From contig NW_021824278.1 of assembly GCF_006345805.1 (NCBI RefSeq), positions 1-19,359 of the forward strand: DNA of 19,359 nt, given 5' to 3'. The stretch's first letter is position 1. Every line of letters starts with the position of its first letter. Under the pieces are notes generated by a model. It saw nothing but the letters and a program-made list of their open reading frames with translations, did no database searches and was not told the origin of the DNA. The stretch comes from Octopus sinensis (taxonomy: Eukaryota). Made by a program: the position numbers and the translations under genes. Positions 9,540-19,359 of the stretch are shown piece by piece.

Positions 9540-9775
9540 AAGGCGCATGGCTCAGTGGTTAGAGCGTCGAACTTACGATCGTGAGGTTGTGAGTTCGAAT
9601 ATTGTTATCGAGCTTGGATATCACTGGTGGCGTCGTGGAGAGGTGAGGCCGGTATGCATGGGCGACTGCTCGTCTTCCATAAACCACCTTGCCCAGACTT
9701 GTGACGAGGAGGGTAACTTTCTCGGTGCAATCCCATGGTCAGTGTCGTGACCGAAGGGCGTCCCGAGTTATAAAG
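9540..9775 (+). mobile_element. tRNA-headed SINE, apparently internally deleted or chimeric
   Basis: Head ggcgcatggctcagtggttagagcg...gagttcgaat with clear A and B boxes, then an abrupt switch to a GC-richer 3' module. Confidence 0.75.
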
Positions 9776-9821
9776 GGCGCAAAACGTGAAGTTTTGTACA
9801 AAATAGGTGATTAATATGTAT

Positions 9822-9952
9822 GCTTAGCTGTGGGAAAAAAAGTTTGTTTCCTAACCTAACCACATGGCTCCACATTCAGTTACACTGAACGACATCTTGA
9901 GTAATTAAGTTCTACTATAGCATCGGGTCATTCAAATCTTGATAGCGGAATT
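9822..9952 (+). mobile_element. Highly decayed family-A SINE 5' part
   Basis: aaccacatggctcc...ttcagt...ttctactatagcatcggg is colinear with 5478-5560. Confidence 0.6.
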
Positions 9953-10283
9953 ACATCTACCAACATCTCTGCTTTGTTTGTTGCACAGTTATATGTGATT
10001 AAATCATTTGTATTTTTTATATGAGAGTTTTATGTATGTATAGTGTTTCTAGTTTATTTATACGACGGTTAAATTTAAGTATACCATTTCCGATTTGGTT
10101 ATATGATAATAATACAATGCTCTCCCTCACCAATCACATTAGTAGCTGTGGGCACGCCACCACCACAACCAGCACCACCACCACCACTAATACTACTACT
10201 ACAACTAGTAGAAACAGTTATTACAACTGTAACACTAGCTGTAATAACTATAGCTGTATGAACCCTTTAGGGCAGCAACAACA

Positions 10284-10700
10284 GGAGGCTCAGGGGCCCA
10301 GTGGTTAGGGCAGCGGACTCGCAGTCGGAGGATCGCGGTTTTGATTCCCAGACCGGGCGTTGTGTGTGGTTATTGACCGAAAACACCTAAAGCTCCACGA
10401 GCTCCGGCAGAGAGTGGTGGCGACCCCCGTTGTACTCTTTCGCTCCAACTTTCTCTCACTCTTTCTTTCTGTTTTTTGTTCCCGACTTCCTACGCAACCG
10501 CTGAGCCTGGATGCGCATTCATGCATCCGTCGATGCTCTCGGTATCGGGGGTTGGCCTGCTGTCTCTTCTGCGGGTCTTACGAATAGCAAAGGACCACGT
10601 ATTGGACTTCTCCCACTACGGACGGAGACCGCTTTGCTCAACAGCAACAGCAACAGCAGCAGCAGTAGCAACAACAATAACAACACTGACAACGACAACA
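10284..10700 (+). mobile_element. tRNA-headed SINE, family C, with (AACAGC)/(AAC)n tail
   Basis: A-box-like ggcccagtggttagg, B-box-like ggttttgattccc; first about 120 nt shared with 14618-14735 (gaaaacacctaaagctccacgag identical at 10379-10401 and 14710-14732). Confidence 0.82.
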
Positions 10701-10800
10701 ATATTACCTAATAGAAACTGCATCAGCAGCAGCAACAAAACGGCTTACATAAACAAGAAAAAATATCATCATCGTCATCGTCATCAGCACCACCGACAGC

Positions 10801-10834
<34 letters not shown>

Positions 10835-11127
10835 GCAGCAAAAAACAGTGCTACCGACATTGCCAATAGGGGGTTGTACAGTCAATCAGATAATTACGTA
10901 ATTACGGCACGAATTTCTTGAAATGGCACAAACAAATTAAAGAGAGTAACTACGACAGCAACATCACGAACAATAAAAAAAACTAATACTACAACGACTA
11001 CTACCAACATGCCCCCCACCACCGCCACTACTACTAAGATATAGCCTTTTATTTTTTGCCAAAGGAATTTTTGTCATGTTCCATGTCTGTTATATTTTCT
11101 GTCTTCTATCAAACACTGTATATCATT

Positions 11128-11130
<3 letters not shown>

Positions 11131-11194
<64 letters not shown>

Positions 11195-11269
11195 GTAGTA
11201 TTATCATTATCATCAACATCATCCTCATCATCGTCATCATCATCATCATCATTATTATTATTATTATTA

Positions 11270-11302
<33 letters not shown>

Positions 11303-11307
11303 CATTA
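11131..11307. repeat. (ATT)/(CAT)n microsatellite
   Basis: Directly visible; serves as the tail of the minus-strand element at 11308. Confidence 0.95.
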
Positions 11308-11470
11308 TTCTATGTTTGACTTTTGCTTTACATTTGCACAAGCTGGCTCCAAGTCTCACCCAGAGACCTCAAGAGACAACTTGGAAGTTCATGTTGGTGT
11401 TACGCCTAGGGTGCCATATATTTGGTTTTGTACTTAGTGTTGTACTAGTGAATGCCTAAAAGAAACCTAC
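11308..11470 (-). mobile_element. 5'-truncated non-LTR retrotransposon 3' end with (AAT)n tail (R4/Dong-like by recollection)
   Basis: 37-nt identity 11344-11380 = 15381-15417; both copies end at the same point against an (ATT)n run. Confidence 0.65.
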
Positions 11471-11512
11471 GTATTAAAGCCTTGTGCCTATAGTAGAAAG
11501 ATTATTATTAGC

Positions 11513-11545
<33 letters not shown>

Positions 11546-11552
11546 TACTATT

Positions 11553-11608
11553 AAGGCGGTGAGCTGCCAGAATCGTTAGCACTTTGGGCAAAGTGCTTGG
11601 CAGCATTT
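11553..11608 (+). mobile_element. Family-B SINE head fragment
   Basis: aaggcggtgagctgccagaatcgttagcac...gcaaagtgctt matches revcomp of about 15195-15245. Confidence 0.75.
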
Positions 11609-11647
11609 TATTATCATTATCATTATTATTATCATTATTATTATTAT

Positions 11648-12065
11648 TCTCTTTTCTCTTTTTTTCTTTTTACTTGTTTCAGTCATTTTGACTGCGGCCA
11701 TGCTGGAGCACCGCCTTTAATCGAGCAACTCGACCCCGGGACTTATTCTTTGGAAGCCAAGTACTTATTCTATCGGTCTCTTTTGCCGAACCGCTAAGTG
11801 ACGGGGACATAAACACACCAGCATCGGTTGTCAAGCAATGCTAGGGGGACAAACACAGACACACAAACACACACACACAAATATATATATACATATATAT
11901 ACGACGGGCTTCTTTCAGTTTCCGTCTACCAAATCCACTCACAAGGCTTTGGTCAGCCCTACACTATAGTAGAAGACACTTGCCCAAGGTGTCACGCAGT
12001 GGGACTGAACCCGGAACCATGTGGTTGGTAAACGAGCTACTTACCACACAGCCACTCCTGCGCCT
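11648..12065 (-). mobile_element. Full-length family-A SINE
   Basis: Colinear with revcomp of 5440-5830 from ggcgcagg head to purine-rich tail; flanked by a 36-nt direct repeat. Confidence 0.93.
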
Positions 12066-12309
12066 ATATTATTATCATTATCATTATTATTATCATTATT
12101 ATTATCATTATTATTATCATTATTATTATTATTGTAATATAAATGTTGCGAAAAAATATATATTTCGTACTTTGAGGTAACGAATCTGAAATACTAGGTG
12201 TTTGTACAACTGCGTATTTCTTACTGGGACCTATATTGAATCCCTCAATATATCGCTGTTAATCAGTGGTTGATGAGAGAGATAATTGGCATCGAGAGGG
12301 TGGTACCAG

Positions 12310-12478
12310 AAGCAGCAGCAGCAGCAGTAGTAATAGAGTAGTAGTAGTAGTAGTAGTAGTAGTATAAGTAGTAGTACTAGTAGTAGTAGTAGTAGTCGTC
12401 GTCGTAGTAGTAGTCGTAGTAGTAGTAGTAGTAGTAGTACTAGTAGTAGTTGTAGTAGTAGTAGTAGTAATAGTAGTC

Positions 12479-12519
<41 letters not shown>

Positions 12520-12615
12520 CATATAGTAGTAGTATAGTAGTAGTAGTAGTGGTGCTGGTGCTGGTGGTGGTCGTCGTCGTATAGTAGTAGTGGTGGTGGT
12601 GGTGGTGGTAGTAGT
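12310..12615. repeat. (AGC)/(AGT)/(GGT)n microsatellite
   Basis: Directly visible. Confidence 0.95.
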
Positions 12616-12618
12616 TGC

Positions 12619-13310
12619 AGAAGAAGGAGCAGGTGGATGAGGGGAAGAGAAAGGGGGAGATGAAGAAGAATTAGAAAAACAAAAAAGAGGAGGAGGAGGA
12701 GGAGGAGAGAGAAAAAAGAAAGAAGGGGAAGTAGAGGAAAGATGTGAAAGAAAGAAAGAAAGAAAGAAAAAAGACAAGAGAAAACGAGGAAGATTAGAAG
12801 AATAGACAGAGGGGAAGAAGTGTAGGAGGACGTGGGCAAGAAGGAAAAAGGGAAGAAAAGAAAAGTAAGGGAAGAAGGGAGGAGAGAAGATAAGGAGGAG
12901 GACATGAACGAGAAGAAGGAGAAGAAGCAGAGAAGAGAAGGAGGAGACGGAAGAAGAAGAGAAGAAGAAGAGGAAAAGAAGAAGAAACGAAGGAGGGGAG
13001 AGAAGAAAGAAAACGAAGAAGAAACGGAGAAGAGAAGAGAGAAGAAGAAGAGAGGAAAAGAAGAACACGAAGAGGAAGAGGAGAAGAAGGAAGAAGAAGA
13101 AAAGGAAGAAGAGGAAAGAGAAGAAGAAGAGAAAACGAAGTAGGATAAGTAGTAGAAGAAGAAGAAGAAAACGAAGACGAAGAAGAAGAAGAAGAAGAAG
13201 ATAACGAAGGAGAAGGAGAAGAAGAAGAAAAGAAAGAAAAAGAAGAGGAAGGAGAGAGTAGGAAAAGGAGAAAATGAGGCTGAAGAGGAAACTGAGAAGG
13301 AGAAGGAGCA
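12619..13310 (+). repeat. About 690-bp polypurine (GAA/GGA/GA-rich) low-complexity tract
   Basis: Plus strand is almost all A/G with sparse C/T. Confidence 0.95.
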
Positions 13311-13534
13311 GGGTTTGGAGGGGAGCGTGGCGGGGTGCAACGAACGATGAAAAACATTAGTGTAATGATAATTATTATAATGGTATAACAATGACGTGAT
13401 TCCATTCGTTTTTCTCTGGTTGTTCATTCCGATGTTTTGGGTTTTTTTTCTGCGAATTATTCCGTCATTGATTTATTTATTATATTTATTTATTATTTTT
13501 TTTAATGGTCTTGGAATGGTTTTTTTACGTTTCC

Positions 13535-13566
<32 letters not shown>

Positions 13567-13734
13567 CTCTTGGTTCTTTTGGTTCCATTCTGCTCTTTGT
13601 TGCCCATCGACATCAGCATCGAAAAATCAGGAATTCCTTGGACAAGAAGAAAAGGATTAGAAGCTGCTACTGATTGAAGTATAAGCTCTCACATTCAGAA
13701 TAATGCAGCATTTCATGCATACATCCCTTCAATC

Positions 13735-13913
13735 ATCTCATTTCAAGTATCAGTATCATCAATCATCACCATCATCATCATCATCATCAACATCATCACA
13801 TCATCATCTCATCACATCATCATCATCACCGTCATCATCAGCATCATCACTCATCATCACATCATCATCACATCATCATCACCATCATCATCATCATCAT
13901 CATCATCATCACC

Positions 13914-13977
<64 letters not shown>

Positions 13978-14019
13978 CATCATCACATCATCATCATCAT
14001 CATCATCCATCATCATCAC

Positions 14020-14053
<34 letters not shown>

Positions 14054-14195
14054 TCATCACCATCATCACCATCATCATCACCATCATCATCATCATCATC
14101 ATCACATCATCACCATCATCATCATCACCATCATCAACCCATCATCATCACCATCATCATCAGCATCATCACCATCATCACATCATCATCATCAC

Positions 14196-14226
<31 letters not shown>

Positions 14227-14332
14227 CATCATCAAATCATCATCATCATCATCATCATCACATCATCTCATCATCATCATCATCATCACCATCATCCATC
14301 ATCATCATCATCTCACCATCACCATCATCATC

Positions 14333-14363
<31 letters not shown>

Positions 14364-14399
14364 CATCATCATCATCATCAATCATCACACATCATCATC

Positions 14400-14458
<59 letters not shown>

Positions 14459-14535
14459 CATCAGTCATCATCCATCATCTCATCATCTCATCATCATCAT
14501 CATCATCATCGTCATCTCATCAATCATCATCATAT
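13735..14535. repeat. About 800-bp degenerate (CAT)n array
   Basis: Directly visible; frequent 1-nt indels shift the register. Confidence 0.97.
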
Positions 14536-14617
14536 CATCACATTTATTTGTATCATTTCTGTTGTTTTGATGTTGATTTAATATGATATTACATTATTAC
14601 AACTTCTATTGTGATAC

Positions 14618-14750
14618 GGGAGCGCAATGGCCGGTGGTTATGGCAGCGGACTCGCGTCGTAGATCGCGGTTTCGATTCCCAGACCGGGCGTTGTGAGTGT
14701 TTATGGAGCGAAAACACCTAAAGCTCCACGAGATGATGCAGGGGGATGGG
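14618..14750 (+). mobile_element. Family-C SINE 5' fragment
   Basis: Shares its head with 10284-10410. Confidence 0.82.
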
Positions 14751-15014
14751 GGACGAAACCGTCCTGCATGCAATCATTCATTAGTAACGTATGGACATTT
14801 GTTGAACATCTGCTGTCTCGTGTCAGGCGAATTCGGATGTCCGCCAAGTGTATAGTGAAATTCGACGCATCACCTTCCTTTAGCAGAGACAGATCTTTCT
14901 CTTAGTTGGCTGTGGAAAAACACGATGTGTGGTTGTGTTTCCCTTTGATCTATGTAAACCCCACCTGATTTTTTGCGTTGTATCTCATACTTTGATATTG
15001 TCCTCCATGATTTA

Positions 15015-15247
15015 TATTTCTTTACTACCCACAAGGGGCTAAACACAGAGGGGACAAACAAGGACAGGCAAACGGATTAAGTCGATTACATCGACCCAGT
15101 GCGTAACTGGTACTTCATTTATCGACCTCGAAAGGATGAAAGGCAAAGTCGACCTCGGTGGAATTTGAACTCAGAACGTAACGGCAGGCGAAATACCGCT
15201 AAGCATTTCGCCCGACGTGCTAACGTTTCTGCCAGCTCGCCGCCTCT
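15015..15247 (-). mobile_element. Full-length family-B SINE with perfect 17-bp TSD
   Basis: ttgtcctccatgattta at 14998-15014 and 15248-15264; minus-strand A-box-like tggcagaaacgttag and B-box-like gagttcaaattcc. Confidence 0.93.
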
Positions 15248-15287
15248 TTGTCCTCCATGATTTAGGCCTTGTGTCCAATAAATGAAG

Positions 15288-15340
<53 letters not shown>

Positions 15341-15345
<5 letters not shown>

Positions 15346-15490
15346 GCTATGTTTGACTTTTACTTTATGTCTGTACAAGTTGGCTCCAAGTCTCACCCAG
15401 AGACCTCAAGAGACAACAGGTTGGAAGTTCTGTGCCATATATTTGGGGGTTTTTTTTTGGCGTTGTACTAGTTAATGTCTAATACATAAA
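15341..15490 (-). mobile_element. Second copy of the non-LTR 3' end seen at 11308-11470
   Basis: Shared tatgtttgacttt...tggctccaagtctcacccagagacctcaagagacaac...gtgccatatattt...gttgtactagt; abuts (ATT)n at about 15289-15345. Confidence 0.65.
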
Positions 15491-15599
15491 AAAAAATAAT
15501 AAATAAAAAAAAGTTTGTTTTAAACCTTGAGATTACATAGAGAGTATTTTGCGTAGGATATGAGCAGTTCCCATGAGCACTATCTTTTGAATTTTAGCA

Positions 15600-15663
<64 letters not shown>

Positions 15664-15778
15664 TTCATTATTATTATTATTATTATTCATTTATTTATTT
15701 TTAATCTGCATGTTTATTATAATCACTCGCAGAGATACACCCATACATATGTGCGTGACATGGTGATTTATGATTATA

Positions 15779-15925
15779 GAAAGGGGAACTGGCTGAATCG
15801 TTATCATGCCGGACAAAATTCATTTGTAGCATTTTACCCAAATCCTCACGTTCTGCGTTCAAATTTTGCCGAGGTTACACTTGATTTTCGGACTCAGATT
15901 TAGTACCGTGTAAACGATCGATTAT
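15779..15925 (+). mobile_element. Old, diverged family-B-like SINE fragment
   Basis: ggggaactggctgaatcgtta...acgttctgcgttcaaattttgccgagg resembles the family-B head. Confidence 0.65.
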
Positions 15926-15944
15926 ATTTAAATGCGAAATGTGA

Positions 15945-16173
15945 AGAGGCGAATGAGCAGGAACGATAGAGCGTCGGATAAAATGCTTAGTGCCATTTCG
16001 GCCTTCTTTACGTTCTGAGATCAAATTCCGCTGACGCCAACTTCACTTGTCATCCCTTCAGGATGGATAAAGTATGCCCTCACTGAGCAAAGGGATTGCT
16101 GAAACTGACTTCCATCCTCCCATCAGAGTTACTGGCCTTGTGCCTAAATTGGAAAGAATGATTGTTAATATTA
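15945..16173 (+). mobile_element. Old, diverged family-B-like SINE
   Basis: aaatgcttag...tacgttctgagatcaaattccgc...tcatcccttc...ctggccttgtgccta tail. Confidence 0.65.
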
Positions 16174-16182
16174 TCAAAACAC

Positions 16183-16728
16183 TGATGATGATGATGATGT
16201 TGATGGTGGTGGTGGTGATGATGATGGACGTCCTTCTGTTCCTGAAGATGTAAGGATAATGGCGATGATGATGATATGGAGAATGATGAGGATGATGATG
16301 TTGAGGGTGAGGATAATGTTGATAATGACAGTGACGATGAATTTGATGACGATGATGTTGAAGAGGGGTCGGAGTAAAGAGGAGATAGCCGGTAGAGCTG
16401 TTGATGATGATGCTAACGACGATGACGACGATGATGAGGATGATGATGATGATAATATTGACAACAACGATGATGATAACGACGATGATGATAATGATGA
16501 TGATGATTAGGATAATAATGATAATGATGATTATGATGCTGACGAGAACGGTGACGACGACGATGACGACGATGATGAGGATGATGATGATGATGATAAC
16601 GACGATGATGATGCTAACGACGACGATGATAATGATGATGATGATTAGGATAATAATGATGATGATGATTATGATGCTGACGAGAACAGTGAGGACGACA
16701 ACGACGACGACGATGATGATGATATCGT
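16183..16728. repeat. Degenerate (GAT)/(GAC)n array with internal 138-bp-period duplication
   Basis: ttag at 16507 and 16645; gacgagaac at 16541 and 16679. Confidence 0.93.
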
Positions 16729-16818
16729 GATTGGAAAGCAGGTTTACATCAAATTACAAGTCATTCTTTACTCAGTATTGCTATGAATAGCAAAAAAGTG
16801 GAACGTGGTTGGAAAAAA

Positions 16819-16822
16819 TGAG

Positions 16823-16866
<44 letters not shown>

Positions 16867-16870
16867 GGAG
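16819..16870. repeat. (GA)n microsatellite
   Basis: Directly visible. Confidence 0.95.
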
Positions 16871-17149
16871 ACAGGAGGGGTAGGAGAACTAAAACAGGTT
16901 CTGATATGCAACTGGGTGCGTATACGTGTAGGGTGTTTCTATACGAGTGTTTGTGCGTTTATTATTGACATTGTTGTTGTTTTGTTGTTTTGTTGTTGTC
17001 AATCTTGTTGTTGGTACTTCATCGAACACCAATTGCAAATGTGACGAGACAAAACAAAAATACCCAAATAGCATGGATTCCATTAAAAAATCGATAAAAA
17101 ATAATCACAAGAATAACAATTAGATTGAATAATCACATGCACTTGTGCC

Positions 17150-17198
17150 TGTATATATATTATATATATATATTATATTATATATATATATATATATA

Positions 17199-17233
<35 letters not shown>

Positions 17234-17450
17234 TATAGATATAATTATATAGACGTACGTAATGTATATATAGACACACATCAAAACATATAAATATATA
17301 TATATATATGGTATATATGTTTGTATGTGTGTATATATATGTATTACATAAGCGGCTATATAATTATATTCATATGCATATATACATATATGTTTGTGCG
17401 TGTATGTGTGTACATTTATGTGTGTGTGTGTATGTGTTTGTGTATATATG

Positions 17451-17488
<38 letters not shown>

Positions 17489-17545
17489 AGCGTTCGTGTA
17501 TGTTTGTGTAACACACACACACACCACACACACACACACATATAT

Positions 17546-17590
<45 letters not shown>
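17150..17590. repeat. (TA)/(TG)/(CA)n compound microsatellite
   Basis: Directly visible. Confidence 0.93.
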
Positions 17591-17849
17591 GAGTGGTAGG
17601 AGGAGCGGTGTTAAAAATAAGAAAGAAAAAAAAACGTAGCAAGAAGTGAACGAAAGAAAAGCTTTTAGTTGGTCCAAGAGATGCTGGAAATGAGGGATGG
17701 AAGAATAATGGAATGAACGAAGGATGGAATGATGGTAATTGCAATACCCCTTTTGTTTGAATACCCAGCATTTCCTAATGAATGTCCTGCTATGGAAATT
17801 CCTTGCCTCAGAAATTAGATGTTGCAATCTAACCGCCATTTGTTATTAT

Positions 17850-18254
17850 CACTATGAAATAATGATTATGATGATAATAATAATAATAATAATAATAATG
17901 ATAATAATAACAATAATAATGATAATAATAACAATAATAATAATAATAATAATAATAACAATAATAATAATAACGGTGATGATGGTGTCGATGATGAAAT
18001 AATTAAAACAATACCTAAAAATGTCCTTCAAAAATACCACGAAATTATATATCTCAAAGAGGCATAACTGGCACCACGTATAGAGGGTAGAAATAATTCA
18101 TAATATTGTTTGTTATATTGATATTGATATCATTTTTTTACCATTATTATAATTATTTCTATTATTATTACAACTCATACCATTATCATTATTATTTTTT
18201 ATTTTTATTAATATTATCATTACAATTTTCATCGTGGTGTCGTTATTATTATTA

Positions 18255-18301
<47 letters not shown>

Positions 18302-18319
18302 GTTGTTGTTGTTGTTGTT

Positions 18320-18360
<41 letters not shown>

Positions 18361-18438
18361 TATTATCAACTCTATTATAATTATTACTCTTATTATTATT
18401 GTTGATATTGTTATTGTTGTTATTATTAAAATTATTAT

Positions 18439-18477
<39 letters not shown>

Positions 18478-18568
18478 AAATATTATTCTTAATATTACTA
18501 CTGTTGATAATACTATTATTATTATTGTTGTTGTTGTTGTTGTTGTTATTATTATCATTATTATTATA

Positions 18569-18607
<39 letters not shown>

Positions 18608-18955
18608 CTCATCGTCATTTTTATTATTATCATTGTGTTCATTATCATCATTGTTATTATTGCTGATTAATTAAAGGCTTTTTGGTAATTAGTAATGAGA
18701 ATAATGTGAGGCAGATGCCTGCCTGCTTTCATTTGTACGAGAGACAGCTAGAACTTTAGGAATCTCACAGGATGAGAGCCATTTTTTTGTGTCTGCAAAC
18801 GTGACGCGCACACGCACTAATTATCATTAACATTATTATTACTATCACCATTACCATCATCAATATCATTATTATCATTGTTATTATTATTATTTTTATT
18901 ATTATCATTATTATTATTATTATTATTATGATCGTTATTATTAATATTATTGTTA
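17850..18955. repeat. Series of (AAT), (TTA), (TTG) and (CAT)n microsatellite blocks separated by short unique spacers
   Basis: Runs at about 17850-17998, 18120-18660 and 18820-18955. Confidence 0.92.
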
Positions 18956-19254
18956 TGGGTTTGTGTTGTTGATTTTATAATTTGCTTTGATATATCAGTA
19001 AATTGATCAGGAAATCATCAGACATTTCCTATGTCATTGTTATGTGTTGTCGGTAAAATAAAAGTAAAATAATGTATTTTCAATGTTGTTTTTAAGGTAA
19101 GAAACCTCATCAATGTTAAATGAAAGTTTGACATGAGGGCAAAATTGTTAACGTTATTACTAGTAATTTTAACAGAGTCGAATACAAGGACACTGTCAAC
19201 GCGTGGAAACGCAGCCACCATAGTAATAATAACTACGATGGACACAGTCTTCAT

Positions 19255-19298
19255 ACACATATATATTTATATATATGCGTGAGTGTGTACACACACAC

Positions 19299-19350
<52 letters not shown>
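19255..19350. repeat. (CA)/(TA)n microsatellite
   Basis: Directly visible. Confidence 0.93.
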
Positions 19351-19353
<3 letters not shown>

Positions 19354-19359
19354 CCTTCT

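Noticed and set aside
9541-9600. tRNA-like sequence (also at 5895, 10290, 14618)
   Set aside because: A and B boxes are present but no 3' acceptor-stem strand closes a cloverleaf; these are SINE heads, not tRNA genes.
12259-13427. Long ORFs (269, 302, 203 aa minus; 103 aa E/K/R-rich plus)
   Set aside because: By-products of a stop-poor polypurine/polypyrimidine tract; no splice or codon evidence.
13529-13640. Minus-strand exon-like segment GIPDFSMLMSMGNKEQNGTKRTKRQQKKK with a good acceptor
   Set aside because: It would include an A27 run in coding sequence and the donor is weak.
13703-14581. 292-aa His/Ser/Ile-rich ORF
   Set aside because: (CAT)n array read through shifting registers; not a plausible protein.
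18015-18067. 53-nt minus-strand exon-like segment (LCLFEIYNFVVFLKDIFR) with donor TAG|gtattg
   Set aside because: The acceptor lacks a proper pyrimidine tract and there is no phase-linked partner; within chance expectation.
19018-19260. 80-aa minus ORF and a plus-strand exon-like frame (VEYKDTVNAWKRSHH...)
   Set aside because: No convincing paired splice sites and no recognisable homology.
1-19359. CRISPR arrays, operons, rRNA or other prokaryotic systems
   Set aside because: No repeat-spacer arrays with unique spacers, no long genuine ORFs and no rRNA-like sequence; the window is repeat-rich animal genomic DNA.

Overview
AT-rich, microsatellite-saturated eukaryotic DNA with no long genuine ORF. 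The tRNA-headed SINE families match my recollection of octopus (coleoid cephalopod) repeats; this is unverified by any search. Nearly every ORF in the supplied track is a translation of simple repeats or SINEs. Reading the unique islands by hand gives: (1) two small minus-strand exons (5398-5315 and 4459-4362) with good AG/GT splice sites that join in frame into a 60-aa unidentified peptide, plus weaker upstream candidates, so the window is probably mostly intron of one minus-strand gene; (2) inverted copies of one SINE family flanking those two exons, an architecture associated with dsRNA, A-to-I editing and back-splicing; (3) a minimal hammerhead-ribozyme-like motif with a non-canonical CUGUAGA core in a Penelope-like fragment; (4) a fold-back MITE-like element with tandem subterminal motifs; (5) many nested SINE and LINE-end insertions, some with target-site duplications. 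There is no evidence for prokaryotic genes, CRISPR, rRNA or true tRNA genes.
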